In this document: positions 46,904-56,959 of the stretch, piece by piece
Position numbering within the stretch: the first letter of the stretch is position 1
How the letters are laid out: the number at the start of each line of letters is the position of its first letter
Origin: Lachnospiraceae bacterium
GTDB taxonomy: Bacteria; Bacillota; Clostridia; Lachnospirales; Lachnospiraceae
Assembly: GCA_029067205.1 (NCBI GenBank)
Contig: JAIEEY010000076.1
Coordinates: 25 to 64,024, forward strand
Direction of reading: 5' to 3'
Length of the DNA stretch: 64,000 nt
Position numbers and translations under genes: made by a program
The notes under the pieces: model-generated
Seen by the model: the letters and a program-made list of their open reading frames with translations, nothing else
Told to the model about the DNA's origin: nothing
The model's database searches: none

Positions 46904-49369
46904 ATGCAGCAGTTTACAGATAAAGCCAAAGCGGCACTGCAGAAGGCCGCCAAAGCTGCAAAGGATTTGCACCAGAGCTATATCGGGAGTGAGCATATTC
47001 TTGTGGGACTTGTGAAAGAAAAAACAGGTGTTGCAGCGAGGGTTCTTGCCGAGAATGGCGTGGATGAGGTGCAGCTCATCAGTATGATCAAGGAATTGAT
47101 CGCACCTGAGGGAGATGTTGCACTGTTGGAGCGGGACGGATACTCCCCAAGGGCGGCAAAGGTTCTCGAGGACAGTCACAGACTGGCAGAGAAATACAAG
47201 AGTCAGCTGACGGGGACAGAACACATTTTGCTCGCCATATTGAGAGAGGGCGAGAACGTGGGACTCAGGCTTTTGAATACAATCGGTATCAATGTGCAGA
47301 AATTGTATATGGACACATTGATTGCCATGGGAGAGGATATCAACCAGCATAAGGATGACCTCAGCAAGAACAGGAATAAAAAGAAAAGAGACGGAACAAC
47401 GCAGACCTTGAATCAGTACAGCAGGGATCTGACTTATCTTGCCAAAGAGGGAAAGCTTGATCCTGTTGTGGGCAGAGAGACAGAGATCATGCGTGTCGTA
47501 CAGATCTTGTCGAGGCGTACCAAGAACAATCCCTGTCTGATCGGTGAGCCAGGTGTGGGCAAGACTGCTATCGCGGAAGGGCTGGCGCTTCGGATCGTAA
47601 ATGGAGATGTGCCCGATACAGTCAAAAACAAGCGTGTTGTGACGCTTGATCTTGCGGGAATGGTGGCAGGTTCGAAATACCGCGGAGAGTTTGAGGAGCG
47701 CATCAAGAGAGTGATCAGAGAAGTGATTGATGCGGGAAATATTTATCTTTTTCTCGATGAGATTCATACGCTCATTGGTGCCGGCGGCGCAGAGGGAGCG
47801 ATCGATGCGTCCAATATCCTCAAACCGTCTCTGTCAAGAGGTGAGATACAGTTAATCGGTGCCACAACGATTGCAGAGTACCGCAAGTATATTGAGAAAG
47901 ATGCAGCACTTGAGAGGCGTTTCCAGCCAGTGATGGTGGAGGAACCGAATGAAAGTGAGGCAGTTGAGATATTGAACGGAGTTGCATATAAATATGAAGA
48001 GCATCATAATGTGACCATCACGCAGGAGGCGATCGAGGCGGCAGTAAAGTTGTCAGACCGATATATCAATGACAGAAACCTTCCTGACAAGGCGATCGAC
48101 TTGATTGATGAGGCATCTGCTGCAATCCGGCTCAAAAATATGAACGTGCCCGACAGCTTCAGGGAAATGACAGAGCAGATCAAGAAATACGATCTTCAGA
48201 TAGAGCGTTCCATCAGAATGGAAGCATATACACAGGCAGCAGAACTTCGCAAGGCGCAGGATGAGCTGATCAAGAAATATGACAAGGCTGTGACCAAATA
48301 TGAGAAAAGTCAGGAAGAGCGTAACCTTGTCGTGACAGAGAACGATATCGCGGAGGTTGTGGCAAACTGGACAAAAATACCAGTCAAGAAGCTGACACAA
48401 AAGGAGAGCGAGCGGTTGCTGAAACTCGAATCGATCCTTCACAAGCGTGTCATTGGTCAGGAGGAGGCTGTCACCGCGGTAGCGCAGACCATGAAGCGTG
48501 GACGTGTGGGACTGCAGGATCCCAACAGACCGATTGGTTCTTTCTTGTTTTTAGGTCCTACTGGTGTGGGCAAAACAGAGCTTTCCAAGGCACTTGCCGA
48601 GGCGATGTTCGGTTCGGAAAATGCCCTGATTCGCGTAGATATGTCAGAGTATATGGAGTCACATTCCGTTTCCAAGATGGTAGGATCTCCTCCGGGATAT
48701 GTAGGATTTGAGGAGGGGGGACAGCTCAGCGAGAAGGTGCGCAGATCACCGTATTCTGTCGTGCTGTTTGACGAGATTGAGAAAGCGCATCCAGATGTGT
48801 TCAATATTCTCCTTCAGGTACTTGACGACGGTCACATCACCGATTCCAAGGGCAGGAAGGTAAGTTTTAAAAACACGATCCTGATCATGACTTCCAATGC
48901 AGGCGCACAGCGGATCGTTGATCCCAAGAATCTTGGATTTGCCGCCAGAAGAGATGCAGAAGCGGATTATAACAAAATGAAATCGGGTGTTATGGAAGAG
49001 GTGAAACGTCTGTTCAAACCAGAGTTCATCAACCGTATTGATGAAATCATGGTATTTCACCCACTGACAGAACAGGATATGAAACAGATTGTCACGCTGT
49101 TGTCAAAGAATCTCTGCGAGCGCTGCAGGACACAGATGGATATTGACCTGTCATTTACAAACACCTTGAAGGAGTACCTGGTGAAAAAGTACTCTGATCT
49201 AAAGATGGGTGCAAGACCGCTCAAACGTGCAATTCAGAATGTAGTGGAGAATGAGCTTGCCACAGCAATTCTGGAAGGCAGAGTTAAGAGAGGTGATACG
49301 GTAACTGCAGGAGTTCGCGGCGACAAGGTGACTTTTACAGTAAAAGAAGCCAGAGAAGCAGAAGTTTAG
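46904..49369 (+). CDS. clpC: ATP-dependent Clp protease ATPase subunit
   Basis: Two Clp-N repeats, [24 protein letters not shown] loop, GARPL. Confidence 0.93.
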   Translation: MQQFTDKAKAALQKAAKAAKDLHQSYIGSEHILVGLVKEKTGVAARVLAENGVDEVQLISMIKELIAPEGDVALLERDGYSPRAAKVLEDSHRLAEKYKSQLTGTEHILLAILREGENVGLRLLNTIGINVQKLYMDTLIAMGEDINQHKDDLSKNRNKKKRDGTTQTLNQYSRDLTYLAKEGKLDPVVGRETEIMRVVQILSRRTKNNPCLIGEPGVGKTAIAEGLALRIVNGDVPDTVKNKRVVTLDLAGMVAGSKYRGEFEERIKRVIREVIDAGNIYLFLDEIHTLIGAGGAEGAIDASNILKPSLSRGEIQLIGATTIAEYRKYIEKDAALERRFQPVMVEEPNESEAVEILNGVAYKYEEHHNVTITQEAIEAAVKLSDRYINDRNLPDKAIDLIDEASAAIRLKNMNVPDSFREMTEQIKKYDLQIERSIRMEAYTQAAELRKAQDELIKKYDKAVTKYEKSQEERNLVVTENDIAEVVANWTKIPVKKLTQKESERLLKLESILHKRVIGQEEAVTAVAQTMKRGRVGLQDPNRPIGSFLFLGPTGVGKTELSKALAEAMFGSENALIRVDMSEYMESHSVSKMVGSPPGYVGFEEGGQLSEKVRRSPYSVVLFDEIEKAHPDVFNILLQVLDDGHITDSKGRKVSFKNTILIMTSNAGAQRIVDPKNLGFAARRDAEADYNKMKSGVMEEVKRLFKPEFINRIDEIMVFHPLTEQDMKQIVTLLSKNLCERCRTQMDIDLSFTNTLKEYLVKKYSDLKMGARPLKRAIQNVVENELATAILEGRVKRGDTVTAGVRGDKVTFTVKEAREAEV

Positions 49370-49475
49370 ATTCCACAAAATTATTAAAAATTCTGTGGAA
49401 AAAGATAAAAATATAGTATATTATTATAGTGGAAACGAAATATAATTCTAATAATCTTTTAGGAGGACAAATGAA

Positions 49476-49889
49476 ATGGCAGTAATTGATGAATTGCTAC
49501 GTTCTGAGAGTAACGGAAATATCAGCTTTGGAAATCACGAGCTGGCGGCTAAGGCAAAGCTTGAGGATTATGAGCATGCTGGGGATATGTACAAGGTAAA
49601 GACTTTTCAGGGCATAACTAAGCTGGAAAAAAACGGTTTGTTTTTGTATGAATCGGTTCCGGGTACCTCCGTTCATAACTTTTGCGAGAGTGAAAACAGC
49701 ATATCCTTTACGGTAGAGGGAAGCCAGGATGCACAGATTACAGTAGGCGCAGCGGATGATTCTGAGTATGAGGTAATAGTGGCGGGGGAGAGCGCAGGTG
49801 TTATGAAGACAAATCTTTCTGGAAAGCTCAGCGTCAGTGTGGAGTTGGAAGGTTTCGGTGAAGTTGAAGTGAAGATGATAAAGAAATAG
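49476..49889 (+). CDS. Conserved hypothetical beta-rich protein
   Basis: SD AGGAGG; own TATATT/TATAAT-like promoter region; followed by a terminator. Confidence 0.8.
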   Translation: MAVIDELLRSESNGNISFGNHELAAKAKLEDYEHAGDMYKVKTFQGITKLEKNGLFLYESVPGTSVHNFCESENSISFTVEGSQDAQITVGAADDSEYEVIVAGESAGVMKTNLSGKLSVSVELEGFGEVEVKMIKK

Positions 49890-49910
49890 ATCAAAATATG
49901 AGTTAAGATT

Positions 49911-49940
49911 AAGAAGCCTCCTCATCTGAGGGGGTTTCTT
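49911..49940 (+). terminator. Intrinsic terminator
   Basis: aagaagcctcctca-tc-tgagggggtttctt. Confidence 0.7.
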
Positions 49941-49982
49941 CATGAAAAGTTTTATTATAAAAGTATTTATGAGTAGGTTTTG

Positions 49983-51338
49983 ATGGCTAAAAAAACTACT
50001 ACAGTATTTTTCTGTCAGGAGTGCGGGCATGAGTCTTCTAAATGGATGGGACAGTGTCCCGCCTGTAAGAATTGGAACACGTTTGCGGAAGAGAAGGTCA
50101 ATGTGACGAATTCTAAGATAACCCCGTTTCGGGACGCGGCAAAACCTGTCAAGATTGGTTCCATCTCCATGAGGGAGGAGGAACGCATGTGCACTGGTAT
50201 CGCAGAGCTTGACCGTGTGCTTGGCGGGGGAATCATGCACGGCTCCCTGACACTGGTGGGGGGAGATCCCGGAATCGGCAAGTCCACACTTCTACTGCAG
50301 ATGTGCAGGCTTCTTGCAAATGCAGGCAGAAAAGTTTTATATATATCAGGAGAGGAGTCCCTAAAGCAGATCAAGCTCAGGGCAATTCGAATCGGCGAAT
50401 TTCAGGACACAATGCTGCTCCTGTGTGAGACGAATCTCGGCATCGTGGAGGAGACGATTCGTCACACGGAACCAGAGGTCGTTGTCATTGACTCGATTCA
50501 GACGATGTATCAAGAGTCTGTATCCTCGGCGCCGGGAAGTGTGTCTCAGGTAAGGGAGGCAACAAATGTCTTTCTGCAGCTCGCCAAAGGTATGGGAACG
50601 TCGATTTTTATCGTGGGACATGTGACAAAGGAAGGAACAGTTGCAGGTCCACGTGTTTTAGAACATATGGTTGACACAGTACTGTATTTTGAGGGAGACC
50701 GATATGCTTCCTACAGGATTCTTCGCGGAGTCAAAAACCGTTTTGGTTCCACCAATGAGATTGGTGTATTTGAGATGCGCAAGGAAGGACTCATTGAGGT
50801 GGAGAATCCTTCCGAGTATATGTTGAGTGGGAAGCCGGTGGGGGCAAGCGGCTCTGTTGTGGTCTGCTCTGTGGAAGGAACGAGACCCATTTTAATCGAA
50901 ATACAGGCTCTTGTGTGCAGGACGAATTTTGGAATACCAAGGCGTCAGACGACAGGCACTGACTTTAACCGAGTCAATCTCTTGATGGCAGTGCTGGAGA
51001 AGCGTTTGGGTCTGCAGATCGGGGACTGTGACGCCTATGTAAATATAGCAGGCGGTATGAAGATCAATGAGCCAGCGATTGACCTGGGGCTGATCATGGC
51101 GATTGTTTCCAGTTTTAAAAACCGTGCAGTTGACGAGAAGACAATTGTGTTTGGCGAGGTTGGCCTAAGCGGCGAGGTGCGTGCGGTGAGTATGGCGCAG
51201 CAGCGGGTGCAGGAGGCAAAAAAGCTTGGGTATGAAACTGTGATCATGCCGAGAGTAAATCTGGAAGGAATGGATAAGATAGATGGTATCAGAACCATCG
51301 GTGTCGGAGGTATCGGTGAGGCAATTGATGTGATTTAG
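49983..51338 (+). CDS. radA: DNA repair protein RadA/Sms
   Basis: CQECG..CPAC zinc finger, GDPGIGKS, KNRFG, GEVGL.GE. Confidence 0.97.
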   Translation: MAKKTTTVFFCQECGHESSKWMGQCPACKNWNTFAEEKVNVTNSKITPFRDAAKPVKIGSISMREEERMCTGIAELDRVLGGGIMHGSLTLVGGDPGIGKSTLLLQMCRLLANAGRKVLYISGEESLKQIKLRAIRIGEFQDTMLLLCETNLGIVEETIRHTEPEVVVIDSIQTMYQESVSSAPGSVSQVREATNVFLQLAKGMGTSIFIVGHVTKEGTVAGPRVLEHMVDTVLYFEGDRYASYRILRGVKNRFGSTNEIGVFEMRKEGLIEVENPSEYMLSGKPVGASGSVVVCSVEGTRPILIEIQALVCRTNFGIPRRQTTGTDFNRVNLLMAVLEKRLGLQIGDCDAYVNIAGGMKINEPAIDLGLIMAIVSSFKNRAVDEKTIVFGEVGLSGEVRAVSMAQQRVQEAKKLGYETVIMPRVNLEGMDKIDGIRTIGVGGIGEAIDVI

Positions 51339-51348
51339 GAGAATGAAG

Positions 51349-52644
51349 ATGGAAGATATAAAAGAATTGATGGAATTTCTGGATAGCAGTCTGACGAGCT
51401 ATCATGCAGTTGACAATATAAGAAGGATACTTTTGCAGGAAGGCTTTATCGAGCTTTCTGAGAAGAAAATCTGGTCGGTTCAACAGGGTGGAAACTATTT
51501 CGTAGTGCGAAATGATTCATCGGTGATGGCATTTCGGGTGCCTGATTGCGGAATAAATGAAATTTGTGGGTATCATGTGTATGCAGCCCATTCAGATTCG
51601 CCTGCTTTTAAGATTAAGGAACATCCAGAAATTGAAAAGGAAGGTATCTATGTCAGTCTGAACACAGAAAAATATGGAGGAATGATCTTATCTACATGGC
51701 TTGACAGACCACTCACGATCGCGGGGAGAGTCTGTGCAGAAGAGGAAGGAGAGATTGTATCCTGTCCAGTGAAATTAAAAGATAATATCTGCATGATACC
51801 AAGTCTGGCAATCCATATGAATCGGGACACGAATAATGGCGTGGCATTCAGCGCGCAGAATGATATGCTGCCGCTTCTGACCATGACAGCTCCAGACAAC
51901 AGGGAGAAGTCGTCAAAGGGTATGCTGTGTTCTATGCTGGCAAAAGGTTTAGGAAAAACGACGGGCAGCATTCTATCTTACGACCTGTTTGTGGAAAACT
52001 GTGAAAAGGCAGTTCTTGCAGGGGCGGAGGACGAGTTTATCATGACGCCGCGATATGATGACCTTGCGTGTGTTTTTGCGGGATTAAAAGGGATTGTCAA
52101 TGAAAAAGCAGAGCACTATATTGATGTGCTTGCCATATTTGACAACGAGGAAGTGGGAAGTCTCACAAGACAGGGGGCGGATTCGACTTTTTTCCGGGAT
52201 ACGCTGGAAAATATCGCGGACGGGCTGGGTGTCAGCGCAAAGGTTTATCGCACGTGGAAGGCAGACAGCTTTATGCTCAGTGCTGACAACGCACACGCGT
52301 GCCACCCCAATCAGGGAGGAAAGGCAGACCCGACGAACCGGCCATATCTGAACAGGGGTGTTGTGCTGAAATATCACGGTGGGCAGAAATATGCAACAGA
52401 TGCTTATTCCGCGGCGTATGTCAGGAAACTGTGCGGCAAAAATGATATTCCGCTCCAGACATACGCAAACCACTCGGATATACCGGGTGGTTCGACGCTG
52501 GGAAATCTTGCGATGGCACAGGTATCCATGGCAGCGGCGGATATCGGACTGCCGCAGCTTGCCATGCATTCTGCATACGAGACAGGCGGAGCAAAGGATA
52601 TCTCCTACCTGATTCATCTCGCAGAAGTATTTTTTAAAGAATAA
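51349..52644 (+). CDS. M18 family aminopeptidase
   Basis: AHSDSP, STWLDRPL, DNEEVGS, SADNAH, GGSTLG, QLAMHS. Confidence 0.93.
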   Translation: MEDIKELMEFLDSSLTSYHAVDNIRRILLQEGFIELSEKKIWSVQQGGNYFVVRNDSSVMAFRVPDCGINEICGYHVYAAHSDSPAFKIKEHPEIEKEGIYVSLNTEKYGGMILSTWLDRPLTIAGRVCAEEEGEIVSCPVKLKDNICMIPSLAIHMNRDTNNGVAFSAQNDMLPLLTMTAPDNREKSSKGMLCSMLAKGLGKTTGSILSYDLFVENCEKAVLAGAEDEFIMTPRYDDLACVFAGLKGIVNEKAEHYIDVLAIFDNEEVGSLTRQGADSTFFRDTLENIADGLGVSAKVYRTWKADSFMLSADNAHACHPNQGGKADPTNRPYLNRGVVLKYHGGQKYATDAYSAAYVRKLCGKNDIPLQTYANHSDIPGGSTLGNLAMAQVSMAAADIGLPQLAMHSAYETGGAKDISYLIHLAEVFFKE

Positions 52645-52654
52645 ACTGGTCTTG

Positions 52655-54340
52655 TCAACGACTTTCCACGACGTTGTCTGCCGTCTCGGTAAACTCAGTT
52701 TCCTGTTGTTGTAAGGTATTTATAGTATATGATGTGGGCGATGCATATTTCCAGTTAGACTGTTTGAGTTCTCTTGTCCGGCGGTCGAACTCAGTATCGC
52801 CCTCATGGTAAGCATTGATGGCAACGATTTCGCCGAAGCGGTTGCGCTCGACGGTGAGGTCGACAGTGCCTTCCTGCTGTGACATATAGCGGCCGATCAT
52901 CTTGTCGGAGTAGGTGCGGATCGTCTCTCCGTTGTACAGCAGCGACATATCATTCTGCGTATCTTTGCGGATAAGTCCCCAATTTTCATACTCGGCATAA
53001 AGTTCCTCGTTGGTCAGACACAGTGAGATGTCAAGTGCAAAAGCGCCTTTCTCCACATGAAATTCACTGGAGAGCGCGGTGATGATCTGTTCTTCCAGGA
53101 GATCTGGATCATTTGTTGTATCGGCGCTCATGATGTCGAAAATCACCTGTACAGCCCGGTCCTGTGCATTTTTGCCCAGTAAGGCATCTCGTGTCAGACT
53201 GGCGCACACTCCCCAGCGGCAGCTGTCAGAATAGCAGAAGGGAGTGATATCGGGATAAAAGGGTGCCTGTCCGCCTGTGGCAAAGACGACAGAGCCGCTT
53301 AGTACGAGGCAGATGGAGAATGCCAGCAGCAGGGCGGATGCTTTCCGATAGTGCAGGATATTCTGAATGCGTTTTTCAACCTCCGTCTTGGAAAAGGCAC
53401 TGTAGAGCAGCGTCGGGCGGCTCCCCGAGATTGCCATGGCAAGCAGGCTGAGAGCATAGCTCTTTTTGCTCTCTTCTGGTTCGTCTTTGCGGTCATACAG
53501 GCGGAGAACAGCTTCGTCACATGCCATCTCCAGGTCAGAGGCAAGATATTTGGACAGAATCCAGACCAATGGATTAAACCAGTGGATGCAGAGTGTGATG
53601 AGCATGATGTATTTCAGCCAATTGTCTTTCCTGCGGATATGCATGGTCTCGTGACAGAGGATATGGCGCAGAAGTTCTGTGTTGCCAAAATCCATGCGCG
53701 TAGGCAGGTAAATCCTGGGTGCAGACAGACCGCATACCAGCGGAGAGGCGATCCCATCGTTGGTAAATACCAGAATGTGTCCCATATCCATATCGCGGAG
53801 AAGTGCGTTGATCGTCTCATTATGTTCTACAAGGAGCGAAGATTTCAGGCATCTTGAATATCTGTATTTCTGTGCGAGCAAAATACCTGCGGTGGCAAGA
53901 ATACCGATCAAGTAGAGGAATAATACAAGTTGTGCATAGAGATCTTGCGGACTGTGACCAAAATACGCGATATGGAATGTCGTTTCCGATGCGACTGTTT
54001 CCTGTATAATTTCTGTGGCTGTCCCACCCTCAGCCGGTGTGGAAAAATCCACTTCCTGATAGGGTGCTTCTTCAGGAATATCCTCCGAAATAGCAGTGCT
54101 TTGCACAATAGTGGTCTCAAAGGGATTGTCAAAAGCAAATTCGGGAACTTTCATGCTAAGAGGGCTGCTCAACGAAAACGGAACCAGCAGGCGCAGCAGT
54201 ATGACACTCCATAGTATTGGAAATACAAATTTCGGAAGCTTATTCTTCAGCAGTCCCCGCAGCAGAAGAACTGCAATTATCATAATACTTCCATAAAAGA
54301 CCATTAAGTAAAAGGGCATATTCATTTTAAGATTAAACAT
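52655..54340 (-). CDS. M56 family (BlaR1/MecR1-type) membrane metallopeptidase
   Basis: LLRLLVP, SP.V.G..P.I.LP, HETMH, HWFNP, E.ACD; the C-terminus is not a PBP domain. Confidence 0.9.
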   Translation of the reverse strand: MFNLKMNMPFYLMVFYGSIMIIAVLLLRGLLKNKLPKFVFPILWSVILLRLLVPFSLSSPLSMKVPEFAFDNPFETTIVQSTAISEDIPEEAPYQEVDFSTPAEGGTATEIIQETVASETTFHIAYFGHSPQDLYAQLVLFLYLIGILATAGILLAQKYRYSRCLKSSLLVEHNETINALLRDMDMGHILVFTNDGIASPLVCGLSAPRIYLPTRMDFGNTELLRHILCHETMHIRRKDNWLKYIMLITLCIHWFNPLVWILSKYLASDLEMACDEAVLRLYDRKDEPEESKKSYALSLLAMAISGSRPTLLYSAFSKTEVEKRIQNILHYRKASALLLAFSICLVLSGSVVFATGGQAPFYPDITPFCYSDSCRWGVCASLTRDALLGKNAQDRAVQVIFDIMSADTTNDPDLLEEQIITALSSEFHVEKGAFALDISLCLTNEELYAEYENWGLIRKDTQNDMSLLYNGETIRTYSDKMIGRYMSQQEGTVDLTVERNRFGEIVAINAYHEGDTEFDRRTRELKQSNWKYASPTSYTINTLQQQETEFTETADNVVESR

Positions 54341-54359
54341 AATATTCTCCTTCCTGATA

Positions 54360-54713
54360 TCATTTTGAATCTTTGATCATTTTTGCAAGTCTTGCTGCAT
54401 CTTCTTCTGAAATTCCCTGGTTTTTGAGAAAAGAGGAGAAAAAGAGTTCGCTCGAACCGCCAAACATTTTATCAATCAGCTGTTCTGTCTCGCTCTGTGC
54501 GACTTCGTCGCGGCTCACGAGCGCCTTGCAGACAAATCCAGGCTCCTCGCGCTCGATGGCGCCCTTTTCAATGCATTTTTTGATGACTGTGTAGGTCGTG
54601 TTCTTGTTCCAGCCTATGCGTTGTGAGAGTACGTCCACGATTTCCTTCGCGGATTTTGGTTCCTGTTCCCACAAAACTTCCATGACCTTTAGTTCAGAAT
54701 CAAATAGCTTCAT
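54360..54713 (-). CDS. BlaI/MecI/CopY-family repressor
   Basis: SELKVMEVLW, W.KNTTYTVI...KG, FGGS. Confidence 0.93.
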   Translation of the reverse strand: MKLFDSELKVMEVLWEQEPKSAKEIVDVLSQRIGWNKNTTYTVIKKCIEKGAIEREEPGFVCKALVSRDEVAQSETEQLIDKMFGGSSELFFSSFLKNQGISEEDAARLAKMIKDSK

Positions 54714-54740
54714 GATAGCAGCCTCCTTATTTTGATTATT

Positions 54741-54801
54741 TTAGACTATCGAAATAGTCTGCTGACAAGCTTAGACTATCACGATAGTCTAAGCTTGTCA
54801 A
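54741..54801 (-). promoter_or_regulatory. blaI-M56 promoter with two operator palindromes
   Basis: AGACTAT-N4-ATAGTCT twice; perfect 18-bp IR at 54763-54800 containing TTGACA-17-TAGTCT on the minus strand. Confidence 0.85.
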
Positions 54802-55027
54802 CACTTTTTTATCATGACTTAAATTCCCCTATCCGTGAAAAGTAACACTACAATTCCTATCATCACAAAACACCTTGATAATTTAATAAGGCTTTACACC
54901 TTTTTGATTTTGTTCTAACAGGGACAGCAGTTTTGTGGGGTGGTGTCAATAAATCCTTATAAAGTAGTTTTTTGTGACAACTTTAGTTCGAATTAGTTCG
55001 GGTTACATCAGATTTATACAGGAATTA

Positions 55028-55041
55028 AGAACTAATGTTCT
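55028..55041. promoter_or_regulatory. LexA (SOS) box-like palindrome
   Basis: AGAAC-TAAT-GTTCT fits the Firmicute GAAC-N4-GTTC pattern. Confidence 0.4.
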
Positions 55042-55076
55042 AATCATATCATGGAAAATAATTATGGAAATATCAA

Positions 55077-55119
55077 AAAATACCTGAAAACCTTTAAACA
55101 TTAGATTTTCAGGTATTTT
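55077..55119 (-). terminator. Hairpin/terminator downstream of tRNA-Trp
   Basis: aaaatacctgaaaa...ttttcaggtatttt. Confidence 0.6.
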
Positions 55120-55138
55120 CCCTATCATTTATAAATAG

Positions 55139-55209
55139 CAGGGGCAGCAAGAATCGAACTCGCATTGACGGTTTTGGAGACCGCTGTTCTACCGTTGAAC
55201 TATGCCCCT
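55139..55209 (-). tRNA. tRNA-Trp (CCA)
   Basis: AGGGGCA/TGCCCCT acceptor stem, anticodon arm GCGGT-CT-CCA-AA-ACCGT, GTTCGATTC T-loop; CCA end not encoded. Confidence 0.95.
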
Positions 55210-55316
55210 TCAGTCAGCCTATGTAAATCATTTGCTCACTGACGAGTTATAGTATATCACAAAATGGGATAAAAAAGCAAGCAAAAAAATAAAATATTTC
55301 AATTTTTTGCAAAATA

Positions 55317-55538
55317 CTATTTATCCTTGTTTGCAGCCTTCTTTAACTGATACTGGACAACATATCTCTTTACAACTCGATCAGTGTGCGCAGAGACAAC
55401 ATACAGGATCTCGTCGAGATTCATGCCAGAATCAAACGCCTTCTGGAGTGCTGTGTCAAAGCCAGTGCCTGAAAGATCAGTGTCCAGGGCGACGGCAGCC
55501 TCGTTTAGTGTGGAACGGTCATCATTAAAAATACTCAT
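55317..55538 (-). CDS. Small hypothetical protein (73 aa)
   Basis: SD AAAGGAG, ATG at 55538, upstream TTGACG-17-TATAAT promoter. Confidence 0.75.
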   Translation of the reverse strand: MSIFNDDRSTLNEAAVALDTDLSGTGFDTALQKAFDSGMNLDEILYVVSAHTDRVVKRYVVQYQLKKAANKDK

Positions 55539-55805
55539 AAAAACTCCTTTTACAATACAAAAACGATATAAACATGAAACACCTCTATTATAGCAATATA
55601 TTGTGAATGCGTCAACAACTAAAATTCTGACAATTTTGTTAAATATGGTGCGAAAGATAACATGCGGATAAATAGAACGGAATGTCGTGACAATTTGCCG
55701 TGAAAAAGATATATTGATTGACAGTAATTTGTCTAAGGCGTATAATAATATCATATAGTCGATGGATGACAAACTATAATTTGAATTGGGGGATAGGGAG
55801 CAGAG

Positions 55806-56309
55806 ATGTCAGGATTTGATAAAGACGCGTTTTGGAGTAAAATATTGTCTTTATATAATGAGGCAAAGGGAAATAATTATATTTTAAAGCTCGATGAGGA
55901 TCAGATCAGGGAACTCAAGGCGCTATATATTGATTTGTATATACCAATGGAAAATCTGGGGTACTATGATGACGAAGCTATCATGAAAAAGCTGATGACG
56001 GCGATTGCATCAATGTATAAGGTTGACAAGGATACCATGGGAAATTCCGGGGAGATTGTCCAGCTGGTCAACACAGTCAATTATGATGGCAGAAATATGT
56101 ATATCAGATTTGCCAAGATTTCCCCCGTGAAAATGCGGCGTTTGGAGTTGGGAAAATCAAGACAGCAGATTGCGGAGCGTATGGGGTACAGTGTATCTGC
56201 TGTGAGAAACTGCGAAGCTTCCTTTTGCGATTTGACAAGGCAGCCTGAGAAGCTTGTGCGTAAGCTTGCAAGGGCATTGGAATGTGAACCGGAAACACTG
56301 ATGCAGTAA
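55806..56309 (+). CDS. Protein with unknown N-terminal domain and C-terminal XRE-type HTH
   Basis: RRLELGKSRQQIAERMGYSVSAVRNCE...KLARALEC. Confidence 0.8.
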   Translation: MSGFDKDAFWSKILSLYNEAKGNNYILKLDEDQIRELKALYIDLYIPMENLGYYDDEAIMKKLMTAIASMYKVDKDTMGNSGEIVQLVNTVNYDGRNMYIRFAKISPVKMRRLELGKSRQQIAERMGYSVSAVRNCEASFCDLTRQPEKLVRKLARALECEPETLMQ

Positions 56310-56336
56310 AGAACTGTTCAAAAAGGAGGTATGTGA

Positions 56337-56954
56337 ATGGGCTGCCATTTTTTTTCAGAAATGGAGATAGATGCAATTGGAGAAATATCGAATATATGTT
56401 TAGGAAGTTCAGCATCGACACTTAGCATGCTGGTGCGTCAGACGGTGGATATTACTCCGCCGGATGTTGAGATTGTTGAGAAGAGTGAGTACACAAAAAA
56501 TGTGTCTTCCAAGAAGGTTTTTGTGAAGGTGAATTATGTGGAGGGTGTCAAAGGGTGTAGCATATTGATGCTGGAAGAACAGGATGCCAAGGCGATCGCA
56601 GACCTGATGATGGGAAGTGACGGGAGAGGTGATTTCGCCAAAATGGATCTGAATGAAATGCATTTGAGTGCAGTCTCGGAGGCGATGAATCAGATGATGG
56701 GAGCTGCAGCGACCTCCATGAGCGTTATGCTTGAGCGAAAGACAGATATATCGACACCGGAGACGAAATTTATGGAGGATGGCGAGTATCTTGCCTATGA
56801 GTTTCCGGATGATGACCGGTTTGTGAAGGTAGGGTTCCAGATGAAGATAGGGGATATTATTGATAGTCCTGTCGTACAGTTGTATCCACATGACCTTGGC
56901 AAAGCGATCAGTGATTTGTTCCTGATCAAAAAAGCAAAGGAAAAGGGACAGTAG
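56337..56954 (+). CDS. CheC/FliY-like aspartyl-phosphate phosphatase (no FliN domain)
   Basis: Two D/S-x3-E-x2-N motifs: DAIGEISN and SAVSEAMN, each followed by a conserved P. Confidence 0.85.
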   Translation: MGCHFFSEMEIDAIGEISNICLGSSASTLSMLVRQTVDITPPDVEIVEKSEYTKNVSSKKVFVKVNYVEGVKGCSILMLEEQDAKAIADLMMGSDGRGDFAKMDLNEMHLSAVSEAMNQMMGAAATSMSVMLERKTDISTPETKFMEDGEYLAYEFPDDDRFVKVGFQMKIGDIIDSPVVQLYPHDLGKAISDLFLIKKAKEKGQ

Positions 56955-56959
56955 TGAGC

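Noticed and set aside
56307-56320. Another solo MITE end (taaagaactgttca)
   Set aside because: Only 8 contiguous matching bases, which could be chance.
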